A stretch of 64,000 nucleotides of DNA, taken from assembly GCA_965243205.1 (NCBI GenBank), contig CBDEUK010000002.1, positions 1,536,001 to 1,600,000 of the forward strand. The letters are read 5' to 3'. The position numbers and the translations under genes were made by a program. The notes under the pieces were generated by a model. It was not told the origin of the DNA, made no database searches, and saw only the letters and a program-made list of their open reading frames with translations. This document shows positions 8,458 to 17,590 of the stretch, one piece after another. Source of the stretch: Gammaproteobacteria bacterium (GTDB lineage: Bacteria; Pseudomonadota; Gammaproteobacteria; Eutrophobiales; Eutrophobiaceae). Numbering within the stretch: the first letter of the stretch is position 1; every line of letters starts with the position of its first letter.

Positions 8458-10749
8458 ATGTCTAAAATTGATAAAAAAAATAGTCTGAACCGTTCACTAA
8501 CCTTATTGTGGCTTGTTCCTGTAATTTTAATTAGCTTGATTTTAGGTATCTATATCATCACTCAACGACTAACCGATATAGAAGAAACTCTTGTTCAAAA
8601 ACAAATTAGCATTCTAAGATATATTGCATCATCATCAGAAATCGCTATGTATTCAGGTGATATTAATAGACTTGAAGAAATTGCTAATTCAATACCAACC
8701 AATCAAGATATTGAGGGGATCGCATTTTACAGCTCTTCGTTAAAATTAATTAGTACTTCGAATGGATTCTCTCCAGACATTGGTATCTTAAATAAGATAT
8801 CTTCATATAAGCCTGAAACATTAATTAAAGAAAATAACAATTGGTTAATATTTAAACCTATATTAAATCATTCCATAGAAATAGAAGATGATTTTTTTAC
8901 TTCAAACTCAAAACAAAATTCCTTGCTAGGTTATGTTTTTATTTATTCAGCAAAAAACTATTTGGATTCGAAACGTAAAGAGATTATTTCCACCAGCATA
9001 ATAATTTGTCTAACAGGGATCTTAATGACCTTAGCATTTTCAAGAAGGTTGAATTATAAAATTAACCAATCAATTTCTATTATATCAAACTCTATTGACG
9101 AATTAAGCAATGGTAATTTCAGTCATAAAATTGAAGATGATGCAGGAGAACTTTCAAAGTTATATAACGATCTAAATTCTTTATCTGATACATTAAAACA
9201 TCATGATGCTCTGATGAAAGAAAATATCGAAATAGCCGTTAGAAAAAAACAAGAAGCATTAGAAACTGTCGAACAAAAAAATATCGAATTATCTGTTCAA
9301 AAAGAAAAAGCTGAAAAAGCAAACAAAACCAAGGATGAATTTTTAGCAAAAATGAGTCATGAACTCAGGACACCAGTCAATGCGATCAATGGTTTTGCTA
9401 ATTTGATTAAGAAGAAAAGTCAAAGTATCGAAGAAACTGAACATGCTAATATAATTATTAATTCATCTAATGTTCTACTCTCGATCATAAATGAATTATT
9501 AGACTTTTCGAAAATCGAGCTTGGTGAACTTGAACTATCCGAAACAGAATTCGATCTGATTCGATGTATCGATAATGTTTGTCAAATGAACTACGGCGCG
9601 GCTGAAGAAAGAAATATTGGTTTTAATATTGATATCGATCCAGATTTAGCACGATATGTCATCGGCGATGAATATAAACTCACTCAAGTCCTTAATAATA
9701 TTCTATCAAATGCTATCAAATTCACCTCAAAAGGCTATGTGCATTTTGATGTCAAACTAAAAAATAAATCTTTTCAGTATCAAACTATTAACTTTACAAT
9801 TTTAGACACAGGGGTTGGTATACCTAACGAAAAACTATCTGTCATTTTCGATGAGTTTACTCAATTAAAAACTGATATTGATGCCTATAACGAAGGTACA
9901 GGACTTGGTTTATCGATCGTGAAAAAATTAGTTTCTTTATTAAATGGCAGTATAGATATAACTAGTGAGCTAAATAAAGGAACAATTGTTACTCTGACTA
10001 TACCATTAGATACTATTTCAAATATATCTTCTAATGAGAAACAGCCAAACAAATCATCTAATAAAAAAATTATGTCAGAACAAATTGATGATTTAAAAAT
10101 TCTAATTTCCGAAGATCATGACTTTAATCGATTATTATTAATCAATATATTAGGAGAATTTAATTTTGAAACTTATGAGACTAAAAATGGCGAGGAACTT
10201 TTGGATTTTCTTCCTCAAGTTGAACCAGATATTATATTACTTGATTTACATATGCCTGTAATGGATGGTTACACAGTATGTAAAAAAATTCGCAGCCGTA
10301 AAGACAAATTAAAAGACACACCAATTTTAATCATGACTGCAGATGTGATTTCTTTAACAAACTCTAAATTTATTGAAACCCAAGCAAATGACATTATTTA
10401 TAAACCCATTAACGCCGATGAACTTATTGAAAAAATAAGAATGCATTGCCATTCGCCATTGAATGGTCAAAATAAAGTAAAAAAGTTACTTAATAAACCA
10501 TCTTATACAAACGATGAATTATATATAGAGTATAAACGTCTTATTGATATTTCTATAGAACAAAATAAAACCAATGACGAACAACTAAAAGAAACATTGC
10601 ATATGCTAAAAGGCATAGCTTCCCTTAGCAACAATGGAGTACTCACAAATAAGATAAAAACATTAGGAAATACATCAAAAGAATTTCTACATGAAAAATT
10701 GATTGAAATAAAAAAAATTATCGAATCTGAATTAACTTTCATTCATTAA
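8458..10749 (+). CDS. BarA/GacS-like hybrid sensor histidine kinase (TM-periplasmic-TM-HAMP-HisKA-HATPase-REC-short HPt)
   Basis: H-box KDEFLAKMSHELRTP preceded by a BarA-like S-helix (LETVEQKNIELSVQKEKA); NILSNAIKFT; DTGVGI; GTGLGLSI; REC motif LLDLHMPVMDG; HPt-like LHMLKG. Confidence 0.9.
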   Translation: MSKIDKKNSLNRSLTLLWLVPVILISLILGIYIITQRLTDIEETLVQKQISILRYIASSSEIAMYSGDINRLEEIANSIPTNQDIEGIAFYSSSLKLISTSNGFSPDIGILNKISSYKPETLIKENNNWLIFKPILNHSIEIEDDFFTSNSKQNSLLGYVFIYSAKNYLDSKRKEIISTSIIICLTGILMTLAFSRRLNYKINQSISIISNSIDELSNGNFSHKIEDDAGELSKLYNDLNSLSDTLKHHDALMKENIEIAVRKKQEALETVEQKNIELSVQKEKAEKANKTKDEFLAKMSHELRTPVNAINGFANLIKKKSQSIEETEHANIIINSSNVLLSIINELLDFSKIELGELELSETEFDLIRCIDNVCQMNYGAAEERNIGFNIDIDPDLARYVIGDEYKLTQVLNNILSNAIKFTSKGYVHFDVKLKNKSFQYQTINFTILDTGVGIPNEKLSVIFDEFTQLKTDIDAYNEGTGLGLSIVKKLVSLLNGSIDITSELNKGTIVTLTIPLDTISNISSNEKQPNKSSNKKIMSEQIDDLKILISEDHDFNRLLLINILGEFNFETYETKNGEELLDFLPQVEPDIILLDLHMPVMDGYTVCKKIRSRKDKLKDTPILIMTADVISLTNSKFIETQANDIIYKPINADELIEKIRMHCHSPLNGQNKVKKLLNKPSYTNDELYIEYKRLIDISIEQNKTNDEQLKETLHMLKGIASLSNNGVLTNKIKTLGNTSKEFLHEKLIEIKKIIESELTFIH

Positions 10750-10759
10750 AATATTATCT

Positions 10760-11410
10760 TTATTCCATTATCTCGATGAATAAAGTAACGGCATCAAATT
10801 CTTCGATATTTCTCAATGGCTTTTGGCTATCAGGCTTTTTAATACTTATTAGATTTTCAATCCCGTACGATTTAGCAGATTTAAGAACATTTAAATTATC
10901 ATCAATTAATAACGTTGATTTGTTCTGATAATCAATAATATTTTTTAAGCAATGCCAAAACTTTACTTCCTCTTTTGCTACACCAAAATCATGCGAACTC
11001 ACAATATTATGAAAATAATCTTGTATCTCCGTCACGGAAAATTTCATATCAATTAAATCACGATGAGCATTAGTAACCATAACAATTGATTTATCTTGCT
11101 GCTTTAAAAATTGGAGGAATTGAATTGTATCCGATCTGATTTGTATTTTATGTTTGATCGTTTCTTTTAAATCGATCATATTCATCTCTAAACGCTTTGA
11201 CCAATAATCTAAACAATACCATTGCAGTGTACCCTCCTCTTTTTTAAAAATTGGTATTAATTCAGACTTTGCATCTTCTAAAGTTATATCATGTTTTTTT
11301 GCCCAACATTGTGGCAAATGTTCATGCCAAAAATAATTATCAAAATGTAAATCTAATAAGGTTCCATCCATATCTAACAGAACCGTCTCGATTTTTGACC
11401 AATCAATCAT
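10760..11410 (-). CDS. yrfG: GMP/IMP nucleotidase (HAD superfamily)
   Basis: Motifs IDWSKIETVLLDMDGTLLDLHFDNYFW, WYCLDYWS and KPDS. Confidence 0.92.
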   Translation of the reverse strand: MIDWSKIETVLLDMDGTLLDLHFDNYFWHEHLPQCWAKKHDITLEDAKSELIPIFKKEEGTLQWYCLDYWSKRLEMNMIDLKETIKHKIQIRSDTIQFLQFLKQQDKSIVMVTNAHRDLIDMKFSVTEIQDYFHNIVSSHDFGVAKEEVKFWHCLKNIIDYQNKSTLLIDDNLNVLKSAKSYGIENLISIKKPDSQKPLRNIEEFDAVTLFIEIME

Positions 11411-11490
11411 ATTAATTTCGTAAATTCAATCTAACATCTATTATTTCTATCCGTTATCATAGCGTATTGTCATAACGAAGTAGAATTTTT

Positions 11491-12300
11491 GTGAATAACA
11501 TTATCGAACCAAAATTATTAACTCAATTAGCCGACTCTGTTAAAACGATTGCAATAGAAGCTGGTCATGAAATTTTACGAATCTATGAAACAGAATTTGA
11601 AGTTGAACGTAAAGAAGATAAATCTCCGGTTACTGAAGCAGATAAGGCTGCACATAATGTTATTTGTGAAGGCCTAAATAATCTAGAACACATCTTTCCT
11701 ATTCTTTCAGAAGAAGCTGCAGCGATTCCTTTTGATGAACGGCACTCTTGGCAAACATACTGGCTAGTCGATCCTTTGGATGGAACCCGTGAATTTATTA
11801 AACGCAATGGTGAGTTCACTGTAAATATTGCATTAATACATGAACAAAAACCGATTATTGGTGTAGTTTACGTTCCAGTAACAGATGTTACTTATTGTGG
11901 AATTTTAGATATTGGCTCATTTAAACAAATTGATGGAAAAAAAGGCTCTATTCAATGTCGCCCATCTAATTTAAATAGCATCACTATTGCTGGCAGTCGT
12001 TCACACAGTAATAAAAAACAACAAGCTTTTATACAAAATTTCCCTGACGCAGAAATACTCGCTGTTGGCAGTTCATTAAAATTTTGTTTAGTAGCTGAAG
12101 GAAAAGCTGATATTTATCCACGTTTCGGCCCAACATCCGAATGGGATACAGCTGCCGCTCAATGTGTCGTCGAGCAAGCAGGAGGCAAAGTAGTCACACA
12201 TGATTTGGTGCCGCTAAAATACAACACCAAAGACTCTTTATTAAACCCAGAGTTTCTTACCATAGGCGATCCTGAGTTTAATTGGGCTCAATTTATCTAA
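11491..12300 (+). CDS. cysQ: 3'(2'),5'-bisphosphate nucleotidase CysQ
   Basis: Motifs SPVTEAD, YWLVDPLDGTREF, GSSLKFC and PTSEWDTAAAQ; GTG start; divergent from yrfG as usual. Confidence 0.96.
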   Translation: MNNIIEPKLLTQLADSVKTIAIEAGHEILRIYETEFEVERKEDKSPVTEADKAAHNVICEGLNNLEHIFPILSEEAAAIPFDERHSWQTYWLVDPLDGTREFIKRNGEFTVNIALIHEQKPIIGVVYVPVTDVTYCGILDIGSFKQIDGKKGSIQCRPSNLNSITIAGSRSHSNKKQQAFIQNFPDAEILAVGSSLKFCLVAEGKADIYPRFGPTSEWDTAAAQCVVEQAGGKVVTHDLVPLKYNTKDSLLNPEFLTIGDPEFNWAQFI

Positions 12301-12770
12301 AACGATTTACCAATGGCAAATCCAAAAACAATCGAATCGTGTGCGTTTTCAGCTATATCGAAATGCAATTGTGGTGATAAGGTATAGTGATGATCAAATT
12401 TAAATTCATACATCGTTCCGACCCTAAATAAAAATCGATCACCATGATCAGTAAATTCTATTCCAGGACCTACTTGAAATATCATGCCGATGGGTGTGTG
12501 TATATCAGCAACCGTTAAGAATGTAGTCGCATCAATATCATCAAACGCATGTTCAAGAACAACCCCTAAGCCTAAAATTTCACTTACACAATACTCATAA
12601 TCTAAACCAAAGGTTTCACCATTATGATCATCATCTAACATATGAGTGCCCCCTATAAATAGGGATATATGATGTGGTTTTTCTAAGTTTTCTGCGTTAA
12701 CAAAAGAGATAAAGGAAAAGAAACAAATTAAAGAAACAAGTATCATTTTCATGAATGTCTTTAGCGACAT
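12297..12770 (-). CDS. small secreted/outer-membrane beta-barrel-like protein (start may be 12752)
   Basis: Signal peptide ending in VNA, alternating beta-strand pattern, C-terminal Phe (IGKSF), His-rich. Confidence 0.65.
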   Translation of the reverse strand: MSLKTFMKMILVSLICFFSFISFVNAENLEKPHHISLFIGGTHMLDDDHNGETFGLDYEYCVSEILGLGVVLEHAFDDIDATTFLTVADIHTPIGMIFQVGPGIEFTDHGDRFLFRVGTMYEFKFDHHYTLSPQLHFDIAENAHDSIVFGFAIGKSF

Positions 12771-12835
12771 CAGAAAAAAAAACTTGAGCTATTTCTCAGT
12801 TTTAAAAAAATACCAAATGTAGATCTTAAATAGAA

Positions 12836-12911
12836 TGGTGGCCAGGGACAGAATCGAACTGCCGACACAGGGATTTTCAGTCCCCTGCTCTACCGACTGA
12901 GCTACCTGGCC
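12836..12911 (-). tRNA. tRNA-Phe(GAA)
   Basis: Reverse complement reads GGCCAGGTAGCTCAGTCGGTAGAGCAGGGGACTGAAAATCCCTGTGTCGGCAGTTCGATTCTGTCCCTGGCCACCA: 76 nt, GAA anticodon, encoded CCA. Confidence 0.98.
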
Positions 12912-13104
12912 AGATAGATAAGATATATAATTTTTCTTTCCCTATTGGACTGAAAATAGATTTTCATGTCCTGCATACCCTGCCGCTGCGCGACCTCGCC
13001 ATCCTGGCGTATGGTCTTCATACTTAGGTTAATGTAGTAAACCTTGATGAGAAAACACTCTAAGCTATTGATTTTCTTATAAGCGTGTTCAGAGCGAAGG
13101 GCGT

Positions 13105-13133
13105 ATTAAACCGATCTCATCGCCATTCGTCAA
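13105..13133 (-). promoter_or_regulatory. sigma70 stable-RNA-type promoter for tRNA-Phe
   Basis: TTGACG-17 bp-TTTAAT followed by the GC-rich discriminator ACGCCC. Confidence 0.75.
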
Positions 13134-13153
13134 GTCAAAGTCTTAGATGGGAA

Positions 13154-13429
13154 TTATTCGTCTTCAGGGGCAGTAAATTCAGCTGGCTTTTCCGCGCCAC
13201 CAGTAAAAAAGAACTTTTCCATTTCTTCTTCCAGAAATTGTCTGGCCTTGGGTTCAATTGGCGTAAGACGGTACTCGTTAATCAACATAGTTTGATGACC
13301 GAGCCATTGTTGCCATGCCTCCTTAGATACATTATCGAATATGCGCTTGCCTAAATCGCCAGGATAAGTTGGTCTGTCCAAACCTTCTGCTTCTTTATCC
13401 AGTTTTACGCAATGTACCATTCTTGTCAT
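13154..13429 (-). CDS. yggX: Fe(II)-trafficking/oxidative damage protection protein
   Basis: [10 protein letters not shown]...[10 protein letters not shown]...[14 protein letters not shown]; mutY-yggX synteny. Confidence 0.96.
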   Translation of the reverse strand: MTRMVHCVKLDKEAEGLDRPTYPGDLGKRIFDNVSKEAWQQWLGHQTMLINEYRLTPIEPKARQFLEEEMEKFFFTGGAEKPAEFTAPEDE

Positions 13430-13451
13430 TCAATCTTTCCTCTTACTAATC

Positions 13452-14492
13452 TTAATTTAAGGATTCTAATAATTTTTTGACCGGGGCAGCCAAACCTAAT
13501 GTATTAATATCAGAATTTTTAATCCAACGCAGTGTATCATGTTCAGCGATACGATTTTTAGCTAACTCGATTTTTATTCGTACTGGTTCTATATCCAAAT
13601 GGTAATGGCTAAAGGTATGCCTAAAACCAGTTAACGCCTGTTGACTAAGTATTGTTAAACCAAACTTTTCATCAAGAAATGATTCTATATTTTGTTCATG
13701 ATTGATTTCAGGTAACGACCATAAACCACCCCAAATCCCTATTGGTGGACGTTTAATCATCAACACATTTTTTTCATTACTTTCACAAATTAAAAAGCGT
13801 ATTTGTTTTGTTGGCTTATTCGTTTTTGGTTTACGGTTTGGATAACTTGCAACTGAATTTAATTGAAAAGCTTTACAATTCGTTTTAAAGATACATGATT
13901 CACAAGTTGGTTTGGAACGAATACAAACCGTTGCGCCAAAATCCATAATGGCTTGCGTGTAATCTGCTACTCTTTGTTGTGGCATTAAATCGTCCGCTAA
14001 CTTCCATAAATCATCGGCTACTTTGCTATTACCTGGCCATCCCTCAATAGCATAGAGCCGTGTTATAACTCGTTTAACATTACCATCCAATATCGGCTGC
14101 CGTTGTTGTTGTGCTATCGACAAAATCGCTCCAGCAGTTGAACGACCAACTCCTGGTAGAGAAATCATCTCATCGATAGTATTAGGAAATTCACCATTAA
14201 AATCATTTACAACTTTTAAAGCCGCTTTATGTAAATTCCGTCCTCGGGCGTAGTAACCCAATCCTGTCCAGTGTTGCAATACTTCATCAACAGTAGCAGA
14301 TGCTAAATCATGAACATCTGGAAAACGTTGCATGAAACGTTCGTAATATGGAATAACCGTTTTAACTTGAGTTTGTTGTAACATGATCTCAGAAACCCAA
14401 ACTCGATAAGAATTAATATTTTGTTGCCAAGGCAGATCATGGCGACCATGTTGGTCAAACCATGTTAAAAGTTTTTTGGAAAAGTTTTTCAA
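13452..14492 (-). CDS. mutY: A/G-specific adenine glycosylase
   Basis: Motifs WVSEIMLQQTQV, GLGYYARGRNL, HhH LPGVGRSTA, 4Fe-4S cysteines and a NUDIX-like C-terminus. Confidence 0.98.
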   Translation of the reverse strand: MKNFSKKLLTWFDQHGRHDLPWQQNINSYRVWVSEIMLQQTQVKTVIPYYERFMQRFPDVHDLASATVDEVLQHWTGLGYYARGRNLHKAALKVVNDFNGEFPNTIDEMISLPGVGRSTAGAILSIAQQQRQPILDGNVKRVITRLYAIEGWPGNSKVADDLWKLADDLMPQQRVADYTQAIMDFGATVCIRSKPTCESCIFKTNCKAFQLNSVASYPNRKPKTNKPTKQIRFLICESNEKNVLMIKRPPIGIWGGLWSLPEINHEQNIESFLDEKFGLTILSQQALTGFRHTFSHYHLDIEPVRIKIELAKNRIAEHDTLRWIKNSDINTLGLAAPVKKLLESLN

Positions 14493-14507
14493 TTTTAGAA
14501 ATGATTA

Positions 14508-17500
14508 TTAAAAACCCAAACCTTTAAATAATTCTTCAACCGCTTTTTCTTTTAATTGTTCCACTGGATCTTTTTCTTCTTCAGTTGGTGGTGTAGGTTC
14601 ACCTTCAGTTGTTAGAGACTCAGTTTCTGAAGATTTTGATGGTACAGTAGCTTCACTTTCTGTTGGCGTAGTTTCCGTAGTCTGGGTTGATTCTTCAGAC
14701 TTCTCTTTTCCTGATAGTTTATCCAAAAAATCGCCTAACTTACGTTCTACTTGTTTTGCTGCAAATCCAGAAACTATTTTTCCAGCATCAGGGATACAGT
14801 TTTTATCAGCTAGCTTTCCACGACATCGAATAGGAATGCGTTCTCCACCAACATTATAAGTTTTTTCTCCTTGTTCCAATCGTTGTTCAGTCGCTTCTAC
14901 TACTAGATCGTATTTCCAAGTTTGATCAGCCAAGTTCATCACCATACCTTTACCAGCAACATTAAAACCTGATGCAAGTAAAGCTAAATCTTCATTACTC
15001 ACAACACCACTATTTATGTCTAATGTTCCATTAACACTATCAAATGGTGTCTCTCCTCCTTGAGGTAAATTTTTAAGTCCTAAAACATCCTTATTTTTAA
15101 TTTTAATCTCAACATCGTGAAGAATTTTTGGTATGTCAACACCTTTTAGAATACCGTTAACTAAATCTAATTCACCTTTTCCACTTAAACTATTTCGCAA
15201 AGCATTTACATCTGCCCCTGATGAACTTAAATTCAAACTCACATTACCTTTGCCTGTTAAAGTCGCTTCACCAGTTAAATCATTTAATAACGGTTCTATT
15301 AAAATATCATTGAACTGTGTATTCATGTTTAACTTTGGCTGTTTGCCAGTAGCATCTAATAGAATATCTCCTGAATAATTACCTTCATATAAATTTGCTT
15401 TGGCCGGCTTGAATTGCAATTTACCGTCTTTGGCTTTTAAACTAAGCTTCACATCTTTCATTTTTATGTTTGAATAAACTAAACTCCCGATTAAGACATC
15501 TCCATTTATATTCAAACTACGTAAAGTATCCATTGGTAATTCTGTTGCTGCACCTGCTGCAACTGTTTCTGGTGTAGCTTTAGCTTTGTTTGCAGGAGGC
15601 ATATATCGATCAGCATTGATTTGATTAATACCAATACCAAAATTGATCGCAGGTTTGCTGAAATTTTGAACCGAGACATCACCACGTAGTTCACTTTCAT
15701 CTAAAATCATATTCAGATTCGATAATTTTAATGAATCTTTAGAACCAGATAATGTTGTCTTAATAGAAAATTTCTTTAACACATTCTTATCAGCTGTTTT
15801 CGGAGCAGGCTGATTTAATTTTGCTAAGAACGATCGCAAATTAAATGGCGCAACTGAAAGATCACCATTAAAGTTTGCAGCGGTGTTTAAATCAGTAACG
15901 TTAACATTACCCATTAAGTCTAAACCCAAACCTTTGATGGTAAGGTTTTTAATGGATGCTGTTTGTTTATTCGTATTACTGTTGACATCACCTATCATGA
16001 TTAAATCAACAGGTGAATTAGGTATTTGTTTACTCGACAAAGTGGCTTTTAAATTAAATGGGCTTAATGAAATTTCATCGCCTTTACCTTTAACACCTAA
16101 TTCAAGGTTTAATTTTTTAAGGACCTGAGCTAGATCAGCTTGGCCTATTGCAGAAAGTAAATCCGTTAGCTTTTCACCGTTAACCGTAAAATTTCCATCA
16201 ATATTATTATTTGATGAATTCATTTTACCATTCACAGTTAAACCTAAAGCTTTAGCATTCAAACTAGTGACATTTAACTTTCCAACAGATGGATTCAAAT
16301 CAAATGTCGATGCAATATCAAAACTCTTCTGTTTGGTGTTTATTAATGTATGTCCAAACTCAATCAAGTTTTTATCGCCTTGTAATTGACCGACTACTTC
16401 TAGTAGTAATGGCAAATTATTACCCTGTGCAGTCAGCGTGCCTTGAGCAGCTGGCGATTCTGACTGTAATCCTGATGCTGTAACATTGGCGTTAATATCC
16501 GTACCTAATCCTTTCATAATGAAATCTGGAACCTTAACGATTTGTTCTTCCATATCAACATTCACGGAAGAACTGATATCAAATGATGATGTTTTTAGTT
16601 TTGCTAGATCCGTCGCGAGCGGCTCGACTTCTAATACTTTAAATAACTGAGCTAAGCTCTTCCCAGTAAGCTTAAACTTGCCATCAACTAAAGGATCAGA
16701 ATCAATATCACTTGCTTTTAATTCAGCCTGTAATTGAGTATCTAAAGCATTTAAATTTAACGATTCGATAGTTGCCGTTTGTTGTTTTAGATCGACGACT
16801 AATCCCGTATCAAACGTTAACTCAGTTTTACCACCTGGAATCTTTTTACCCCTCATCAAGGCCGTTACATTGAATGGTTTTGCACGATATAACTCATTGT
16901 CTAAATCGTATTCCAAAGTACCTTTTAAATTTACATTGGAATTAATAGCTGGTTGATTTGATTCAACATTTAAACTGGCAACTAAATCGACAGGATCACC
17001 AAACGTTAATTCGCCGGTACTAGCTGTGATATTATTAACGTTAACCACTTGCCCACTACTTTGATCATTCCAGCTTACTTTTGAATCTTTAATATCTATC
17101 CCGCCTAATATCAAAGCTGCAAGTTCTGGCGGTTCTGAATCATGTGAATGTTTTTCATCCGTATCGCCCGCAAAATCAGCCCAGTTAGTGATGCCTTGTT
17201 TGTTTTTTTCTAGGTTTAACTCAAGGCCATGAATTTTTAAGGTATCCAATTCAAACTGTTGTTTGAGTAGTGGTAAGGTTTTGATACGAACCGCTAATGA
17301 ATCCGTCTTCATAAAAGGTTTATCACTGAAACCCTCAGGATTACTTAAGGAAACATTTTGCAGATTGATCCCAGCCCACGGATAGAAACTTAAATTTAAA
17401 TCACCATCGATACTTAAATCGCGACCAGTCTCTTGTTTTACTTGCGTGATAATATCTTGTTTGAATTTATCCGATTTAGCGTAATGAATTCCGCCGTAAA

Positions 17501-17570
17501 TAACTCCTGCAGCAATAACCACTATCAGCAAAAATAAACCAATTAACCATTTAAAAAATCGTTTCATCAT
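14508..17570 (-). CDS. asmA: AsmA family protein, extended by internal duplication
   Basis: N-terminal TM, TGRDLSIDGDLNLSFYPW, AsmA C-terminal region; asmA-mutY synteny; 1020 aa with repeated beta modules. Confidence 0.88.
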   Translation of the reverse strand: MMKRFFKWLIGLFLLIVVIAAGVIYGGIHYAKSDKFKQDIITQVKQETGRDLSIDGDLNLSFYPWAGINLQNVSLSNPEGFSDKPFMKTDSLAVRIKTLPLLKQQFELDTLKIHGLELNLEKNKQGITNWADFAGDTDEKHSHDSEPPELAALILGGIDIKDSKVSWNDQSSGQVVNVNNITASTGELTFGDPVDLVASLNVESNQPAINSNVNLKGTLEYDLDNELYRAKPFNVTALMRGKKIPGGKTELTFDTGLVVDLKQQTATIESLNLNALDTQLQAELKASDIDSDPLVDGKFKLTGKSLAQLFKVLEVEPLATDLAKLKTSSFDISSSVNVDMEEQIVKVPDFIMKGLGTDINANVTASGLQSESPAAQGTLTAQGNNLPLLLEVVGQLQGDKNLIEFGHTLINTKQKSFDIASTFDLNPSVGKLNVTSLNAKALGLTVNGKMNSSNNNIDGNFTVNGEKLTDLLSAIGQADLAQVLKKLNLELGVKGKGDEISLSPFNLKATLSSKQIPNSPVDLIMIGDVNSNTNKQTASIKNLTIKGLGLDLMGNVNVTDLNTAANFNGDLSVAPFNLRSFLAKLNQPAPKTADKNVLKKFSIKTTLSGSKDSLKLSNLNMILDESELRGDVSVQNFSKPAINFGIGINQINADRYMPPANKAKATPETVAAGAATELPMDTLRSLNINGDVLIGSLVYSNIKMKDVKLSLKAKDGKLQFKPAKANLYEGNYSGDILLDATGKQPKLNMNTQFNDILIEPLLNDLTGEATLTGKGNVSLNLSSSGADVNALRNSLSGKGELDLVNGILKGVDIPKILHDVEIKIKNKDVLGLKNLPQGGETPFDSVNGTLDINSGVVSNEDLALLASGFNVAGKGMVMNLADQTWKYDLVVEATEQRLEQGEKTYNVGGERIPIRCRGKLADKNCIPDAGKIVSGFAAKQVERKLGDFLDKLSGKEKSEESTQTTETTPTESEATVPSKSSETESLTTEGEPTPPTEEEKDPVEQLKEKAVEELFKGLGF

Positions 17571-17590
17571 GTAACCTTTTTTTAATCACT

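Noticed and set aside
12836-12911. Integrative element at tRNA-Phe
   Set aside because: No integrase and no duplicated tRNA 3' end (att site) were seen in the window.
13085-13354. 89-aa plus-strand ORF
   Set aside because: It is an antisense shadow of yggX and the tRNA promoter, with no recognisable motifs.
15133-16483. Several short ORFs within asmA
   Set aside because: They are antisense or off-frame shadows of a long, well-supported gene.
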